DNA of 64,000 nucleotides. It comes from Christensenellales bacterium. Lineage in GTDB: Bacteria; Bacillota; Clostridia; Christensenellales; CAG-917. The notes under the pieces were generated by a model. That model made no database searches. It was not told where the DNA came from and worked only from the letters and a program-made list of their open reading frames with translations. Positions 34,436-45,947 of this stretch are shown piece after piece (position 1 is the first letter of the stretch; each line of letters starts with the position of its first letter). The position numbers and the translations under genes are program-made. The DNA is taken from positions 507,217 to 571,216 of the forward strand of contig JBGUQC010000004.1 of assembly GCA_045130665.1 (NCBI GenBank). The letters run 5' to 3'.

Positions 34436-37400
34436 TTATGCAATATTAGCAAATTCGGTAATCAATGTTACCTCACTACTAATTGCATATAAGTTTACTG
34501 TGTCACTCATTTCACCTAGAGTATAGGCTGTAAATTCTACTGCTGTATTTGTATCATCATATAATGTATATTGTTCGGATTGTAGAGCAAATACATAACC
34601 CTTAGTGGTTATATTATAAACTGCTAATTCTGTTGAACCGTTTCTAACTTTATTTCTTGCAACAACTCTAGTACCTGTTGCATCTACATTGTAATCTTCA
34701 AATATAATTTGAATTGCAACTGTGGCATCATCAGTTGGGTTGGCTTGATGGTTAAGAATAATTACATTATATCCATCAACTCTTTGTTCATAATCAGGTG
34801 TTGCATATTCTGTACCTAATACGGATCTTGGATTTAGCTGCATTGTAGGTTCTGTGCTACCACCAATATATACATCAACAGAATTGCCTTCTACCAAATG
34901 GTCTGCGACTGTGTTAATATCGATATATTTAGAACTACCATCGTCTTGGTATGATGGTTTGCTACTTAAACCATAAGCTGCATTCAATGAACCATCAACA
35001 ATCATTGTAGTGATTTGATTATTACCATATACTTCTCCAAGATAGATATTATATTCAACTCCACCTAATGTTACCTTTTTGTAAGCATATGTTATGGTGT
35101 TATAACCAGTATATTGATATGGTAAATCTTCAAGAGCTATATATGGATGATCTTCATCAAAGAAACATCTAAACACCTCGTAGTTATTTGTATCCTTTTG
35201 ATACGTAATTCTATTTACATAGTAAATACCTGAATCTTCTGTTTTAAATTTATACGTATTATAAATATTTGTAGATGTAACCCTAGTGCCATCTAAATTA
35301 AACGTTACAGCATTAGATGGATATGTTCCGTAACAACTTGGAGTATAATCCGGATCTGTTGTATCCTCATAATAGTTAGATTCATCATATGCTGCATTTG
35401 GTAAAGATAAAGCATTTGAAGCTAAAACATCTCCAGACAAACCATATGTCATCTTATAATAGAATTCATTATTTACAGGATCCATCAAGTAAAGGAATCT
35501 AGAATCTGTATTATTTACGCCCATGCTATATTCTTCATTAGATAATTGAATATTTTCTATATACGCACTGTCAGAGTAGAACGCTAGAGACCAATTACTT
35601 AAATTAACTTCCTTTCCGTTAATAGTTGGATAACCATCTACATATACCATACACTCATCTTCAGCAGCATGAGCACCTTCACCCTCAAGATAATAATTAA
35701 CTGTTGCAGTAACATTAAGATCTATATCAGTTTCGTAATATCCCTCGATTTGAACAGCATATCCATTATCATTGATTATATAATTCCATGTACCTGTAAA
35801 TGATGTTGATTTCAACTCTTCTATTGTAACAGCCCAATCGTCACCAATCATATCTGCATAATATACTTCTGGATCACTAATAACTACTCCACTTGAAGTA
35901 TCTGAGAAGACGACTGTATCAACAACGGCACTTTCTGGACAATCTATATCTAGAGTAAGAATAAGTTTCTTTGATGTTGTTACATCATATGAACCTACAT
36001 CTACTGATGTAGAAGCTTTTGTATATGTAAATCTTGCATATGTAATAACACTATTCTCATCTGTTAAAATAATCTCAGTTCTTACCAATGTATTCCATTG
36101 AGATTGTGTGAATTCCATTGAATTATTTGCTTCTACTAATCCAGCAGTAATTGGAATATTGAATGAATCTGTTGCACCACCTGTATATACGTTTGTAACG
36201 GTTGCTATTGTGTTTATGTTATTTTCAGTAAATATATTGTCCATAGCAACCATGAATGATTCTGTTTCATAAGTTTTATCAAACATTAATGTAGATTCAT
36301 TAAATGGCATAAACGTTTCTTCACCACATTGGTCAGTTCCTGCTGAATTTTCAAATACATATTGAACACCACCTATTGTTCTAGTAGTTGCAAGTGCTGC
36401 CGTATAAATATGTGTTAAATCTGGAATAGTTATGGATTGTTCAGCTTCTGTAGTCTTATTTCCAATTGTAACAACTTCGTTGTTTTCATCTCTTATGATT
36501 ACAATATATCCTTCACCATCTGCAAATGTTGGTGTTGCCCAAAGTGATGTATATACCGTATAACCATTTTCTATATCAAACTCTCCACTTGCTGAAAACT
36601 CAACCTCTTGTGTAGATGTTTCTGTTAAACTAATCACTTGTGATCCCGCAATTTTACCTGTAGCATCTAATAATTGGATTTGTAGAATATCTGCACTATT
36701 GTATATGCCAGAAACAGATACACTAGTTCCGTCAAATGTTTCTTCAATTGGAGTTCCTGTATCTCCAACCAATACATTACATGTAAGCTGTGCACTAGCT
36801 AATAATCTGGTCGCAGATACACTATATGTAAATCCAGAATTTGGTTGTAAAATTATTTGTGTATTTTCAAATAAATTTGGATTATCAATTGTTTGTAACA
36901 ATTGTCTGTCAAATAATACCTGTTGTCCATCACGAACAACTATTGGAGTAATATAAACACTTACACTTGGCTGATTATAATTTACAGCCAAACTAATATT
37001 AGACTCTTGTCCTGTATAAGTATCTAATACAACATCATCTGCGCCAACAATATCCAATTTATACATATCTGTTGGTTGAGCAGAATTGTCAAAGCTCGTA
37101 TTTATTGCATATACATATTGATAACATTCATCATTTGTTCCAATTGAACTCTCATATGAGAAATCATATGTTGCCATAAATGCATCAGCAGTAATAATTT
37201 CAGGTGGATAAACAATGTTATATTCTATTCTATCTAGTTCTATTTCTTCACCGTAGTATGTAGTTTTAATTACACCTATAACTGTAGTCTTGTCACGAAG
37301 ATTACTTAATGTTCCTTTGATATAACCATTTTTATCAATATTTGAATCCGTCTTAATTAAGCTATCGCCAACATAGAAATCTACATGCGTGTTAGAACCT

Positions 37401-38383
37401 GTCTTATATGCATCTGAAATAAATATGCTGTAATTTAAATTAAATTGTTTGCCATTATAATCTATAGCCGATTCAAACGCAGATACTGCATCTGGCTTCT
37501 TTTCTTTAGATGTTGTGAATTCATAAGTAAAATGAGGCGCGGAAAAACCACCCAATTCCTTTTCTACAGATAAAATTTGTATTTTGTATGTTCTGTTAGG
37601 AGTTAAACCTGTAACTAATCCAGTTATTGTACCATCTGCTAATAATTGTACATCGTGTGGATCCGAATCCTCCATTAATTCAGACACATTCCCTTCGGGC
37701 GTTTTGTCCTCAAATTTTAGCTCTGTTGTATATTCAAAACTAGGATTTGTAACAGTTAAAACATATTGTACTTCTGGATCTAGATTTTGAATACTCATTT
37801 CAAATGAAACATAGTTTGTACCAGCGAAGAAAGCTTGCATTATAACTGTAGGTGCGGCTTTAATAATATTTGCTGCTACTACAACAATTGCAACAATTGC
37901 AGCTGCAACAACTGTAACAGATCCAGCAATAGAAGCCGCAGTTGCTGTTGCACCAGATGCAGCAGAAGCACTTGCTCCAGATGCTGCAGCAGTAGATGAA
38001 GATGCTGCGGAAAGACTTTCACCGCCTGTAACATTTGCCCCACCAGATGTAGATGGACCACCTCCTGATGAAGATGAGGCTCCACCGGATTCTGAACCTG
38101 TGCCACTACTATTAGATGAAGCACTATTGTTACTGCTTATTTCACTTTGATTATTTTCTGATGTGTTTCTATTGATATCTTGATGGAAATCACTGCTTCT
38201 TTGATCATATTGTTGTTGACCAAAATTACCACTGTCTTCTTGAATACTTAAATTTTCTTGAGGCGGAGTTGGAATTTCCTTAGGCGAATAAAATTCAACC
38301 GCATCTAGTGGTTTGAATTCGCTTACAAAAAAGTCTTCTGTATACTGTTTAAATTCATCATCCGTTATTCTAAATTTAATCAT
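34436..38383 (-). CDS. Giant single-pass (N-in) membrane-anchored surface protein, unknown function
   Basis: 1315 aa. About 50-aa structured N-terminus, about 100-aa S/G/A/N-rich region, one TM (IAGSVTVVAAAIVAIVVVAANII), then about 1130 aa of beta-rich sequence with at least one FN3-like module (GLTPNRTYKIQIL). Confidence 0.6.
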   Translation of the reverse strand: MIKFRITDDEFKQYTEDFFVSEFKPLDAVEFYSPKEIPTPPQENLSIQEDSGNFGQQQYDQRSSDFHQDINRNTSENNQSEISSNNSASSNSSGTGSESGGASSSSGGGPSTSGGANVTGGESLSAASSSTAAASGASASAASGATATAASIAGSVTVVAAAIVAIVVVAANIIKAAPTVIMQAFFAGTNYVSFEMSIQNLDPEVQYVLTVTNPSFEYTTELKFEDKTPEGNVSELMEDSDPHDVQLLADGTITGLVTGLTPNRTYKIQILSVEKELGGFSAPHFTYEFTTSKEKKPDAVSAFESAIDYNGKQFNLNYSIFISDAYKTGSNTHVDFYVGDSLIKTDSNIDKNGYIKGTLSNLRDKTTVIGVIKTTYYGEEIELDRIEYNIVYPPEIITADAFMATYDFSYESSIGTNDECYQYVYAINTSFDNSAQPTDMYKLDIVGADDVVLDTYTGQESNISLAVNYNQPSVSVYITPIVVRDGQQVLFDRQLLQTIDNPNLFENTQIILQPNSGFTYSVSATRLLASAQLTCNVLVGDTGTPIEETFDGTSVSVSGIYNSADILQIQLLDATGKIAGSQVISLTETSTQEVEFSASGEFDIENGYTVYTSLWATPTFADGEGYIVIIRDENNEVVTIGNKTTEAEQSITIPDLTHIYTAALATTRTIGGVQYVFENSAGTDQCGEETFMPFNESTLMFDKTYETESFMVAMDNIFTENNINTIATVTNVYTGGATDSFNIPITAGLVEANNSMEFTQSQWNTLVRTEIILTDENSVITYARFTYTKASTSVDVGSYDVTTSKKLILTLDIDCPESAVVDTVVFSDTSSGVVISDPEVYYADMIGDDWAVTIEELKSTSFTGTWNYIINDNGYAVQIEGYYETDIDLNVTATVNYYLEGEGAHAAEDECMVYVDGYPTINGKEVNLSNWSLAFYSDSAYIENIQLSNEEYSMGVNNTDSRFLYLMDPVNNEFYYKMTYGLSGDVLASNALSLPNAAYDESNYYEDTTDPDYTPSCYGTYPSNAVTFNLDGTRVTSTNIYNTYKFKTEDSGIYYVNRITYQKDTNNYEVFRCFFDEDHPYIALEDLPYQYTGYNTITYAYKKVTLGGVEYNIYLGEVYGNNQITTMIVDGSLNAAYGLSSKPSYQDDGSSKYIDINTVADHLVEGNSVDVYIGGSTEPTMQLNPRSVLGTEYATPDYEQRVDGYNVIILNHQANPTDDATVAIQIIFEDYNVDATGTRVVARNKVRNGSTELAVYNITTKGYVFALQSEQYTLYDDTNTAVEFTAYTLGEMSDTVNLYAISSEVTLITEFANIA

Positions 38384-38451
38384 GAATAACCCGCCCTTAA
38401 TGGTAAAATTCTACCATAGGGTAAACAAATAGTAAAATATTTTTAATATTA

Positions 38452-39825
38452 CTACTTGTTTTTGGCTCTTTTTTCGGCTTTTGCTTCACACTTTTCAATA
38501 AGATGATTATATTTTGTGCTCCACTTCGCCATTTTTTCAAAGGAATACTTTTTTGGAATTTTAGAGGCCACATTCATTGCATGTATACCCTCAAATGCCA
38601 TTCTTAAAATAGTATTCAAAAATGATGGATAGAAGATAAGTTTCCAAAGAATTGCTGAGAACATACCAAATTTATATTTTGGACGTCTCTCGTCCTCTGG
38701 AGTTAGCATAATATATTTTAAAGTATCATCTGTTACAAATTTTCCACTTAGTGCCCAATTGATATACTTTGCTTTGAATCTTAAAGCATGACGACGTACT
38801 ATATCTAAAAGAGCAAATCCCTTGCCATATTTTGCAAAATATTTTACATAGAATCCCCACATATTTGTTGCGGTGAAATCTATGATTTCATTTTCAATTA
38901 CATAGTCTGCAAAAATTGCAGCTCCGTGCATTCCAGATTCAATACCACTTCCCATAATTGGAATTGTCATGAAAGCTGAATCTCCTAATGCAACATATCC
39001 ATCTGCAACTGGTGTTGCAATACTGGATCTAACACTTAAAGGAACCTTTCTATCATAAATCTTATTTTCACTTAAAATAGGATTCATGGCTCTTAAATCT
39101 GCCAAGCGCTCTTGAATTTCTTCATCTGTAAATGGTCTTGAAATATTACATAAAAGAACATCAACCTTTCCCTCTTCATTTAGGTTACACCAACCAATGC
39201 CATCTGTATCCATATGTCTTAAAATCATGGTATTACTTACATCACTTAAGAATGTCTCTGTTCCTTCTGTTTTTTCAAAGAATGCACGATATGCAAACAT
39301 AGTATCATAATCAGCTGGAGTCTTTTGTACACAGTATTTTTCTGGAAGTTGTCCTCTCAATTTTGAATACATTCCAGTTGCATCTATAACCAAATCAAAC
39401 AACTCCTTACCATCTTTTGTTTCAATACCAACTACTCTTTCATTCTCAATTACTAACTTATCTATGGCTATGCTATATTTAATAGTTGCGCCTGCTTTTG
39501 TTGCAAGATCTGCAAAATATTGAGATAACTTTTGTCTATTTGGTGAAATTTCAACTAAAGGAAGAAATTGTGGAACTCTTAATGCGCCTTTTTCATCTGG
39601 AGAAACAAATACCCAATTTGCTTTTTGGACATATACATCTTTGCCTGGGAATGGTAGCCCACAGTCCTCAAAAACTGCTGCTGTTATATCATCACGCCAA
39701 GGATATCCAACGCTACCCTCTTCATTTCTTTCAAAAACAGTTACATTATATCCTGCACCTGCAAGTTTAATTGCTGCAACCATTCCGCCTTGTCCCATTC
39801 CAACAACTGCAATCTTTTTGTCCAT
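38452..39825 (-). CDS. FAD-dependent oxidoreductase (geranylgeranyl-reductase/halogenase-like fold)
   Basis: Start moved to ATG 39825 (GGAGGA RBS). KIAVVGMGQGGMVAAIKLAGAGYNVTVFE Rossmann motif. Confidence 0.7.
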   Translation of the reverse strand: MDKKIAVVGMGQGGMVAAIKLAGAGYNVTVFERNEEGSVGYPWRDDITAAVFEDCGLPFPGKDVYVQKANWVFVSPDEKGALRVPQFLPLVEISPNRQKLSQYFADLATKAGATIKYSIAIDKLVIENERVVGIETKDGKELFDLVIDATGMYSKLRGQLPEKYCVQKTPADYDTMFAYRAFFEKTEGTETFLSDVSNTMILRHMDTDGIGWCNLNEEGKVDVLLCNISRPFTDEEIQERLADLRAMNPILSENKIYDRKVPLSVRSSIATPVADGYVALGDSAFMTIPIMGSGIESGMHGAAIFADYVIENEIIDFTATNMWGFYVKYFAKYGKGFALLDIVRRHALRFKAKYINWALSGKFVTDDTLKYIMLTPEDERRPKYKFGMFSAILWKLIFYPSFLNTILRMAFEGIHAMNVASKIPKKYSFEKMAKWSTKYNHLIEKCEAKAEKRAKNK

Positions 39826-39995
39826 AATAATCCTCCATATGCTGTTAAAATTTATTATATCACAATGAAAATCATTTTTAAATATATAAAAATGTTTGAG
39901 CAAATTTATTGCTTCTTTACAAACCTGAATATTGACATTTGGTCTTTAATAAAATAATCTAGATATATATAAATATATATGTTTCGGGAGAAATT

Positions 39996-41411
39996 ATGGA
40001 ACAAGATATTAGCATAAAGAAAGCAACTCCATTAGGTGCTAGAATTTGGATATCAGCCATAGCTTTTGGATTAGTAGGACAAATTGCTTGGGTTGTTGAG
40101 AATATGTACTTCTCAACTTTTGCACAAGATATCTTTGCAAACTCTGGTCGTACAGATTTGTCATATTTGGTTACAACATTAATGGTTTGGTTGTCTGCAT
40201 TAACTGCAACAATTACAACCATATTTGCTGGTGGATGGTGTGATAAAACTGGTAAGAGAAAACCATTCGTAGCATATGGTTATATTGGATGGGGTGCAAC
40301 AATTATGCTATTTGCCGCAATTCCTATGTCGGCAAGTTCAAGCAAAGTTGCAGGTGTTGCAGCAATGTTAATTATTTTTGACTGTGTCATGACATTCGCT
40401 GGATCCACTGCTAATGATGCAGCATTTAACACTTGGGTTACAGACGTCACAGATACAACCAATAGAGGAAGAATTAATACTGTCCTTGCCCTAATGCCTG
40501 TTTTTGCAACCATTATTGTCTTTATAGGTCTTGGTAATCTATATAATGCTAATGCATCTAGTAACTGGTTGTTCTTCGTAGTCTTAGGAGCAATACCTAT
40601 GGCATCAGGTGTTGTGGCTATATTCTTAATGAAAGATAGTCCAAACATTATCAAGAATACAAACCCGGATTTCCTAAAGGAAACTTTCTATGGTTTTAGA
40701 CCAAGTGTTGCTAAAGATAATAAGATGCTTTATGTATGTTTAACTACATTTGCACTTTTAGGAATCTCGCAACAAACATTCTTCTCTTATATTATTAACT
40801 TCGTACAAAACACTTTAGGTGTTGTAGACTATTTCATTCCTCTTGCAGTTATCATTCTTGGCGCGGCAGCTATCACTGGTTTAACTGGCTTCTTGAGTGA
40901 TAAGTTCGGAAGAAAGCATATGATATATCCTATGTTGGTAGTTTCAATTATTGGAACCTTACTAATGTACTTATTGAAGTTCATGGGATCATTGAATGAA
41001 ATGAATTATACACTTTGGTTGTCCATAGTTTGTATTATAGGTATCTTTATGCTTGGTAGTTTGCTTGGATTAAGCGGTATATTAATGTCCTCATTCCAAG
41101 ATTATATCCCAAAGGGATACGAAGGAAGATTCCAAGGTGTTCGTATGTGTTTCAGCGTTTTAATTCCTATGATTATTGGACCATTGGTTACCCTAATTCT
41201 TGGTCTCAACAATACAGATACAGGAGATGCTGGTTTCAAACCACCATATAGTATGTTCCTTGCTGCATCTATTATTGCAGTCTTAGCATTAATCCCTGCT
41301 TATTTTGTAAGAAAAGATTCGAATAGATTGCGTGATTCACTTCTAAAAGCACAAGAAGCTGAAAAAGAAGAAGTGGTTGTAGAAGAAGAAACAACTGAAG
41401 AACAACAATGA
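39996..41411 (+). CDS. MFS-type transporter (GPH-related), acidic C-terminal tail
   Basis: 471 aa, 12 predicted TM helices, DKTGKRKPF loop motif. Confidence 0.7.
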   Translation: MEQDISIKKATPLGARIWISAIAFGLVGQIAWVVENMYFSTFAQDIFANSGRTDLSYLVTTLMVWLSALTATITTIFAGGWCDKTGKRKPFVAYGYIGWGATIMLFAAIPMSASSSKVAGVAAMLIIFDCVMTFAGSTANDAAFNTWVTDVTDTTNRGRINTVLALMPVFATIIVFIGLGNLYNANASSNWLFFVVLGAIPMASGVVAIFLMKDSPNIIKNTNPDFLKETFYGFRPSVAKDNKMLYVCLTTFALLGISQQTFFSYIINFVQNTLGVVDYFIPLAVIILGAAAITGLTGFLSDKFGRKHMIYPMLVVSIIGTLLMYLLKFMGSLNEMNYTLWLSIVCIIGIFMLGSLLGLSGILMSSFQDYIPKGYEGRFQGVRMCFSVLIPMIIGPLVTLILGLNNTDTGDAGFKPPYSMFLAASIIAVLALIPAYFVRKDSNRLRDSLLKAQEAEKEEVVVEEETTEEQQ

Positions 41412-41432
41412 AGAACAACAATAAGGGTTTAT

Positions 41433-41476
41433 AAAATAAAAAATGTCCGTGGGCGATTGCTCACGGATTTTTTTTG
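41433..41476. terminator. Bidirectional terminator between MFS gene and GH78 gene
   Basis: tccgtgggc-gatt-gctcacgga 9-bp stem flanked by an A-run and ttttttttt. Confidence 0.85.
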
Positions 41477-41506
41477 GTGGACCAAAATACTTTTTATACG
41501 AATTCC

Positions 41507-44050
41507 CTATAGTTCGTATACACCCGCCCCAACTGTTTGCGTGCCAGAAGGCAAAATAATTATTGCGGTAGTATTTGCAGGTACTTCAAATGTGTATTTG
41601 ATTTTGTCTCCTTGCTTTTCCCAACGACTCTTTACTAAACCATATGCACTTAAATATTCACACTCCGCAAACTTAAGTGAGCCACCAATCCTTGGAGCAA
41701 GTTCAAAGTGTCTTTCGCCTTTAACCTTTATGCCACACATTGTATCGAATATCCACTCACATACAGCACCTTTACTATAATGATCAAGTGATGCGACTCC
41801 ACCTTGAGCTTCCGTTCCTTCCCAACTTTCCCATATGGTGTTAGCTCCCATTTTTGGCATAAAGAGCCACCCTGGCATTTCTTCGTTCTCAAGCAACTTG
41901 TAGGCATATTCTATATTCATATCTGCTAAAACATAGAGTATAAATGGGGTTGATAGGAAACCTGTCCCCAATCTCCATCCATAGTCTTCCAATGCCTTGA
42001 TCAATCTTTCTTTTGCATATTTGGTTTGCTCTTCGTCAAGCAAATGCATATATAAAGGACGAACAAGTTTTGCTTGTCTATTTGTGTTGAGATCGTTTTT
42101 CTTAACTTTTACTAGTTGTTGATACCCAAATCTAACTTTATCTATATTTTGTCTAAATAACTTTGCATCATCTTGCTTGTCTAGAATATTTGCTATTTTT
42201 TCCATATGCTCAAGCATATAGCAGACATATGCTGTTGTTTCTTCTGGATGTGGACTTATAAAATCACTAATTGCAAATGGTTTAACATCAACTGGCTCTG
42301 CCCATTCACCATAAGACTGTCCATAATTGCATATCATTTTACGATATTTAAAAGGGATGCCTGTTGGCAAACTTGTTAGTGAACGCTTCCCAAGTTTGCT
42401 AATTTTGTAAAGTGCATATCTGCGCATTGCATCATAGTTGTCTTCAAGAATGCGTTTATCTCCATACTTTTCATAAATACGATAAGGAACAAGTACACCC
42501 GCATCGGACCAGCCTGCAGAACCATCCATCATATTCATGTAAAAATCTACTCCACCCTTTGGAACTATATGTCTAAAACATCCACTCTTACGTTGTCCAT
42601 CGCGCAAATCTCCAATATATTTTCGTGCCATTGCAACATAATCAACAAAATAACTTGCTGTATTAGTAAATATTTGAACATCGCCTGTCCAACCATGTCT
42701 TTCTCTTGTTGGGCAATCAGTTGGAACATCTGCATGATTGTTCTTGGTAGACCAACGTGTACTTTCAACAAGTTTGTTAATGAGTTCGTGCGAACAATTG
42801 AACGAAAGTGTATTTTGCATATCTGAATATACTGCAATTGCAGTAAAATCTTCAGGTTGCCATTCTACGTTGGTTTCAACCAACACATATTGGAATCCAA
42901 AAATAGCAAATTTAGTTTTGTATTCATTTATTCCTTCTTTTGTTGTATATATAACTTGTTGTAATGGGGTAACTTTTGTACGTTTCTTATTTTTGCATTG
43001 AATATTATCTTGAGTAAACTCGCCATCTTTATCAAACATCTCCCCAAAACGCAATGTTATTTGTTGTCCTGCTTTTGCATTTATTTTAAATGAACAATAT
43101 CCTGCTATATTTTGTCCAAAATCAAGCACCTTTTTGCCAGATGGTGTTGTAATAACTGTTGGCTTTAATGCCTCATGTTCAGTAAGTGGAACATTATTAG
43201 ATGCGGTTGGAACAATTGAACAATTAGTAATCTTTGCTTTTCCACAATATGATGAAACCAGCTGAGCATCAACAATTTCTCCATCCTTATTGTCAGCAAA
43301 ACGAATTGATCCATCATTTGACCAATCCCAAGTTTCGTCAGAACATATATTTGCTATTTTCCCATCAATTCCAATTATTTCTAATTGGGCAAGGAATTTA
43401 GTTTCAGTTCCGTATTGATTTTTCAATCCCCAAGCGCCACAACTACCACGATACCAACCATCTGCAATTTCAACACTTAAAATATTTTCTCCATTTTTTA
43501 GTAATGATGTGACATCATAGGTTTGTAATTGGATTCGTTTAGTGTAGTCTGTATAACCAGGAGCCAAACAAAAATCTCCAGCTTTTTTGCAATTGATTCT
43601 TGCTTCATATAATCCACATGCAGTTATATAAAGTCTTGCCTTTTTGACATTGTCTACATTAAATGTCTTACGGAAGCAATCTACTGGATAGCGAGTTTTC
43701 TTGTTAACCTTATAATTGCCTGCTATCCATTTTGCCTTAAAATCATCCTTTCCAAGTAATCCCATTTCAAAGAATGCACTTTCGCTCGTTTCTTCTTTGC
43801 CGTTTTCATCCCATACAATCACTTGCCACTCTACTCTTTGACGTGATTTGAGTTTGACTGGATATGTAACATACATATTGGCTGATTCAACTTTTCCACT
43901 GCTCCATTTATTGTCTCCATCAATTTTTGTATTGACTTGAAAAGCTTTTTGAACCTTCCCACCTTCGCAGTTCCAAGATAAAATAGGATTTTGAAAATCC
44001 ACGCCTACTGGATTTACTAAATACTCTGTTTTTAAATTAATTGCTTTCAT
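41507..44050 (-). CDS. Alpha-L-rhamnosidase (GH78), cytoplasmic
   Basis: 847 aa. N-terminus LKTEYLVNPVGVDFQNPILSWNC is typical of bacterial GH78. No signal peptide. Confidence 0.85.
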   Translation of the reverse strand: MKAINLKTEYLVNPVGVDFQNPILSWNCEGGKVQKAFQVNTKIDGDNKWSSGKVESANMYVTYPVKLKSRQRVEWQVIVWDENGKEETSESAFFEMGLLGKDDFKAKWIAGNYKVNKKTRYPVDCFRKTFNVDNVKKARLYITACGLYEARINCKKAGDFCLAPGYTDYTKRIQLQTYDVTSLLKNGENILSVEIADGWYRGSCGAWGLKNQYGTETKFLAQLEIIGIDGKIANICSDETWDWSNDGSIRFADNKDGEIVDAQLVSSYCGKAKITNCSIVPTASNNVPLTEHEALKPTVITTPSGKKVLDFGQNIAGYCSFKINAKAGQQITLRFGEMFDKDGEFTQDNIQCKNKKRTKVTPLQQVIYTTKEGINEYKTKFAIFGFQYVLVETNVEWQPEDFTAIAVYSDMQNTLSFNCSHELINKLVESTRWSTKNNHADVPTDCPTRERHGWTGDVQIFTNTASYFVDYVAMARKYIGDLRDGQRKSGCFRHIVPKGGVDFYMNMMDGSAGWSDAGVLVPYRIYEKYGDKRILEDNYDAMRRYALYKISKLGKRSLTSLPTGIPFKYRKMICNYGQSYGEWAEPVDVKPFAISDFISPHPEETTAYVCYMLEHMEKIANILDKQDDAKLFRQNIDKVRFGYQQLVKVKKNDLNTNRQAKLVRPLYMHLLDEEQTKYAKERLIKALEDYGWRLGTGFLSTPFILYVLADMNIEYAYKLLENEEMPGWLFMPKMGANTIWESWEGTEAQGGVASLDHYSKGAVCEWIFDTMCGIKVKGERHFELAPRIGGSLKFAECEYLSAYGLVKSRWEKQGDKIKYTFEVPANTTAIIILPSGTQTVGAGVYEL

Positions 44051-44053
44051 ATT

Positions 44054-45925
44054 TTATCCTTTATTGTTTATTTTTGCTAGTTCTGCTTGTACTTTTGCAC
44101 GATATGCTTCGCTTTTTGCCAACTCTTTTTGCCATGCTTGTTCATCTTTTTCGGTTTTAATACGTGCTTTTTCTTCTTTCTTTGCAATTTGTTCTGGAGT
44201 CATCTTAGCAAGACGAGCTGCTTTCTTTTCTTCCATTCGTTTTTGCTTTTGCTCTTCTTTTTCTTTGGATTTAATCTTTTTCTCTTCCTTCTTTGCAAGA
44301 TTCTTTTCAAGGACTTCTTTATGCTTTGCCATTTCTTCTTCAAAATTTAGTCCCTTCTTTTCGCATTTAACTTTAAGTTCTTGTTCAAAGATTTCTTCAC
44401 TTTCTTTCATGAATTGTTCTTCTTCAAGTTGGGCTTTAACCTCTGGTTCAATCCATTCTTCACCTCGTGCTTCTGCTTCTGCCTTCTGATATTCACGAAT
44501 CTTATCCTGTTTCCTGCCTATTGTTTTTTCAACCGTTAAGAATATAAGCAATACTGCCAAAACTACGCCTGTGATTGTTTCAAGCCCTACAAAAGCAAAT
44601 GTGATAGCATCATTAACCGCCTGTGGTTGTTGTGCAGCAACCGTAACTCCATCAACAAGTTCTGGTGCAATATAGCCAGCCCCAGAAAGTAATGCATTGA
44701 ATACTGCAGTACCTACACCAACTATTGCAACTGCAATAATGTTATATACAGACATTGCAACACCATCACATCTTATACTGCTCTTCCATTCCACATGATC
44801 TAGGCCGTCTGCAAAGAGTGCCATAAAGACATATGCACAAGGAAGTCCACCTATATTTTTTATGAATTGTCCAACTAGTACTATGTAAAGATTTGTAGGG
44901 AAACTCCAACATATTGCACTACCAATAGCATAAAGTAAGAATCCAACAAGGGTTACGTTTCGTTTGCCAAATTTTTTTGCTAGTGGCCAAACTGCAAATA
45001 TACCAATACCCATAGGTACTCCACCTATAACAGATACAAGCATTTGTGTTATGCCATCATTGTATGTGCCAAGAACATAGTTACAATAATAAACTAAACC
45101 TAGATTCTTAAGTGATGTTCCGAATGTATAAATCAAGAAATACAAAAACATTATGAGCATGTATTTATCGGTTAATACGATTTTGAGTTGGGTTAAGAAT
45201 GGTATTTTCTTTTCCTCTTGTCCCATAGTCTCTTCAGTAATACGTTCCTTTGTGAAATAATACTCTAACAATGTTAAAGGAAGAGCAAGAATTGAAAGAA
45301 CGCTCATAACAATAATCCACTTGCTTTGATCAACACCAAGTATTGGCATAATTGCCATTGGGAATATCAACGCAACCAAAATACCACTCATCATAATTGA
45401 CGAAATCTGATTAAATACAGAAAGACCGCCACGTTGAATTGTGTTTCTTGTTGAAAGTGGGCACATAAGATTATGGCTCATATTAAAAATTGTAAATGCA
45501 AAGGAATAGAATAAATTGTATGAAATCATAACCCATGCAACTTGTAATCCAATGCTTCCTCTAGGAACTACAAATAATAGTACTCCACTTATTGTTAATA
45601 AAGGTGCAGATAATAATAGCCAAGGACGAGCTTTGCCTTGTTTCGTTTTAGTTCGGTCAATTATGTAACCCATAACTATATTTGTAATCGCATCAATACC
45701 TTTAGAAACCAATGGGAAGATTACTAAGAATGCACCACCCCAGATTGTTGTAAGCTTCAAAACGTCAGTATAGAACACGTTAAGATATGTTGATAAGACT
45801 GCATTCAATAGTAAAGCTCCGCATGGTCCAATTAAATAACCAATCCATTTTTCTTTATTCTCAACATTCTTTGAATGAACTTGACTATTGAATATTCTTG
45901 CGCTCAAAAATCTATCTTTTCCCAT
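44054..45925 (-). CDS. GPH-family symporter, paralog B, with about 170-aa Lys/Glu-rich C-terminal tail
   Basis: Start chosen at [14 protein letters not shown] by alignment with paralog A (ORF track starts at 45946). [28 protein letters not shown] signature. Confidence 0.8.
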   Translation of the reverse strand: MGKDRFLSARIFNSQVHSKNVENKEKWIGYLIGPCGALLLNAVLSTYLNVFYTDVLKLTTIWGGAFLVIFPLVSKGIDAITNIVMGYIIDRTKTKQGKARPWLLLSAPLLTISGVLLFVVPRGSIGLQVAWVMISYNLFYSFAFTIFNMSHNLMCPLSTRNTIQRGGLSVFNQISSIMMSGILVALIFPMAIMPILGVDQSKWIIVMSVLSILALPLTLLEYYFTKERITEETMGQEEKKIPFLTQLKIVLTDKYMLIMFLYFLIYTFGTSLKNLGLVYYCNYVLGTYNDGITQMLVSVIGGVPMGIGIFAVWPLAKKFGKRNVTLVGFLLYAIGSAICWSFPTNLYIVLVGQFIKNIGGLPCAYVFMALFADGLDHVEWKSSIRCDGVAMSVYNIIAVAIVGVGTAVFNALLSGAGYIAPELVDGVTVAAQQPQAVNDAITFAFVGLETITGVVLAVLLIFLTVEKTIGRKQDKIREYQKAEAEARGEEWIEPEVKAQLEEEQFMKESEEIFEQELKVKCEKKGLNFEEEMAKHKEVLEKNLAKKEEKKIKSKEKEEQKQKRMEEKKAARLAKMTPEQIAKKEEKARIKTEKDEQAWQKELAKSEAYRAKVQAELAKINNKG

Positions 45926-45947
45926 TTTCATCCACCAAACATTCAAA

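Noticed and set aside
39959-40222. 87-aa minus-strand ORF in the FAD-oxidoreductase/MFS divergent region
   Set aside because: It overlaps the 5' end of the well-supported MFS gene on the opposite strand, has no RBS, and its product is hydrophobic nonsense.
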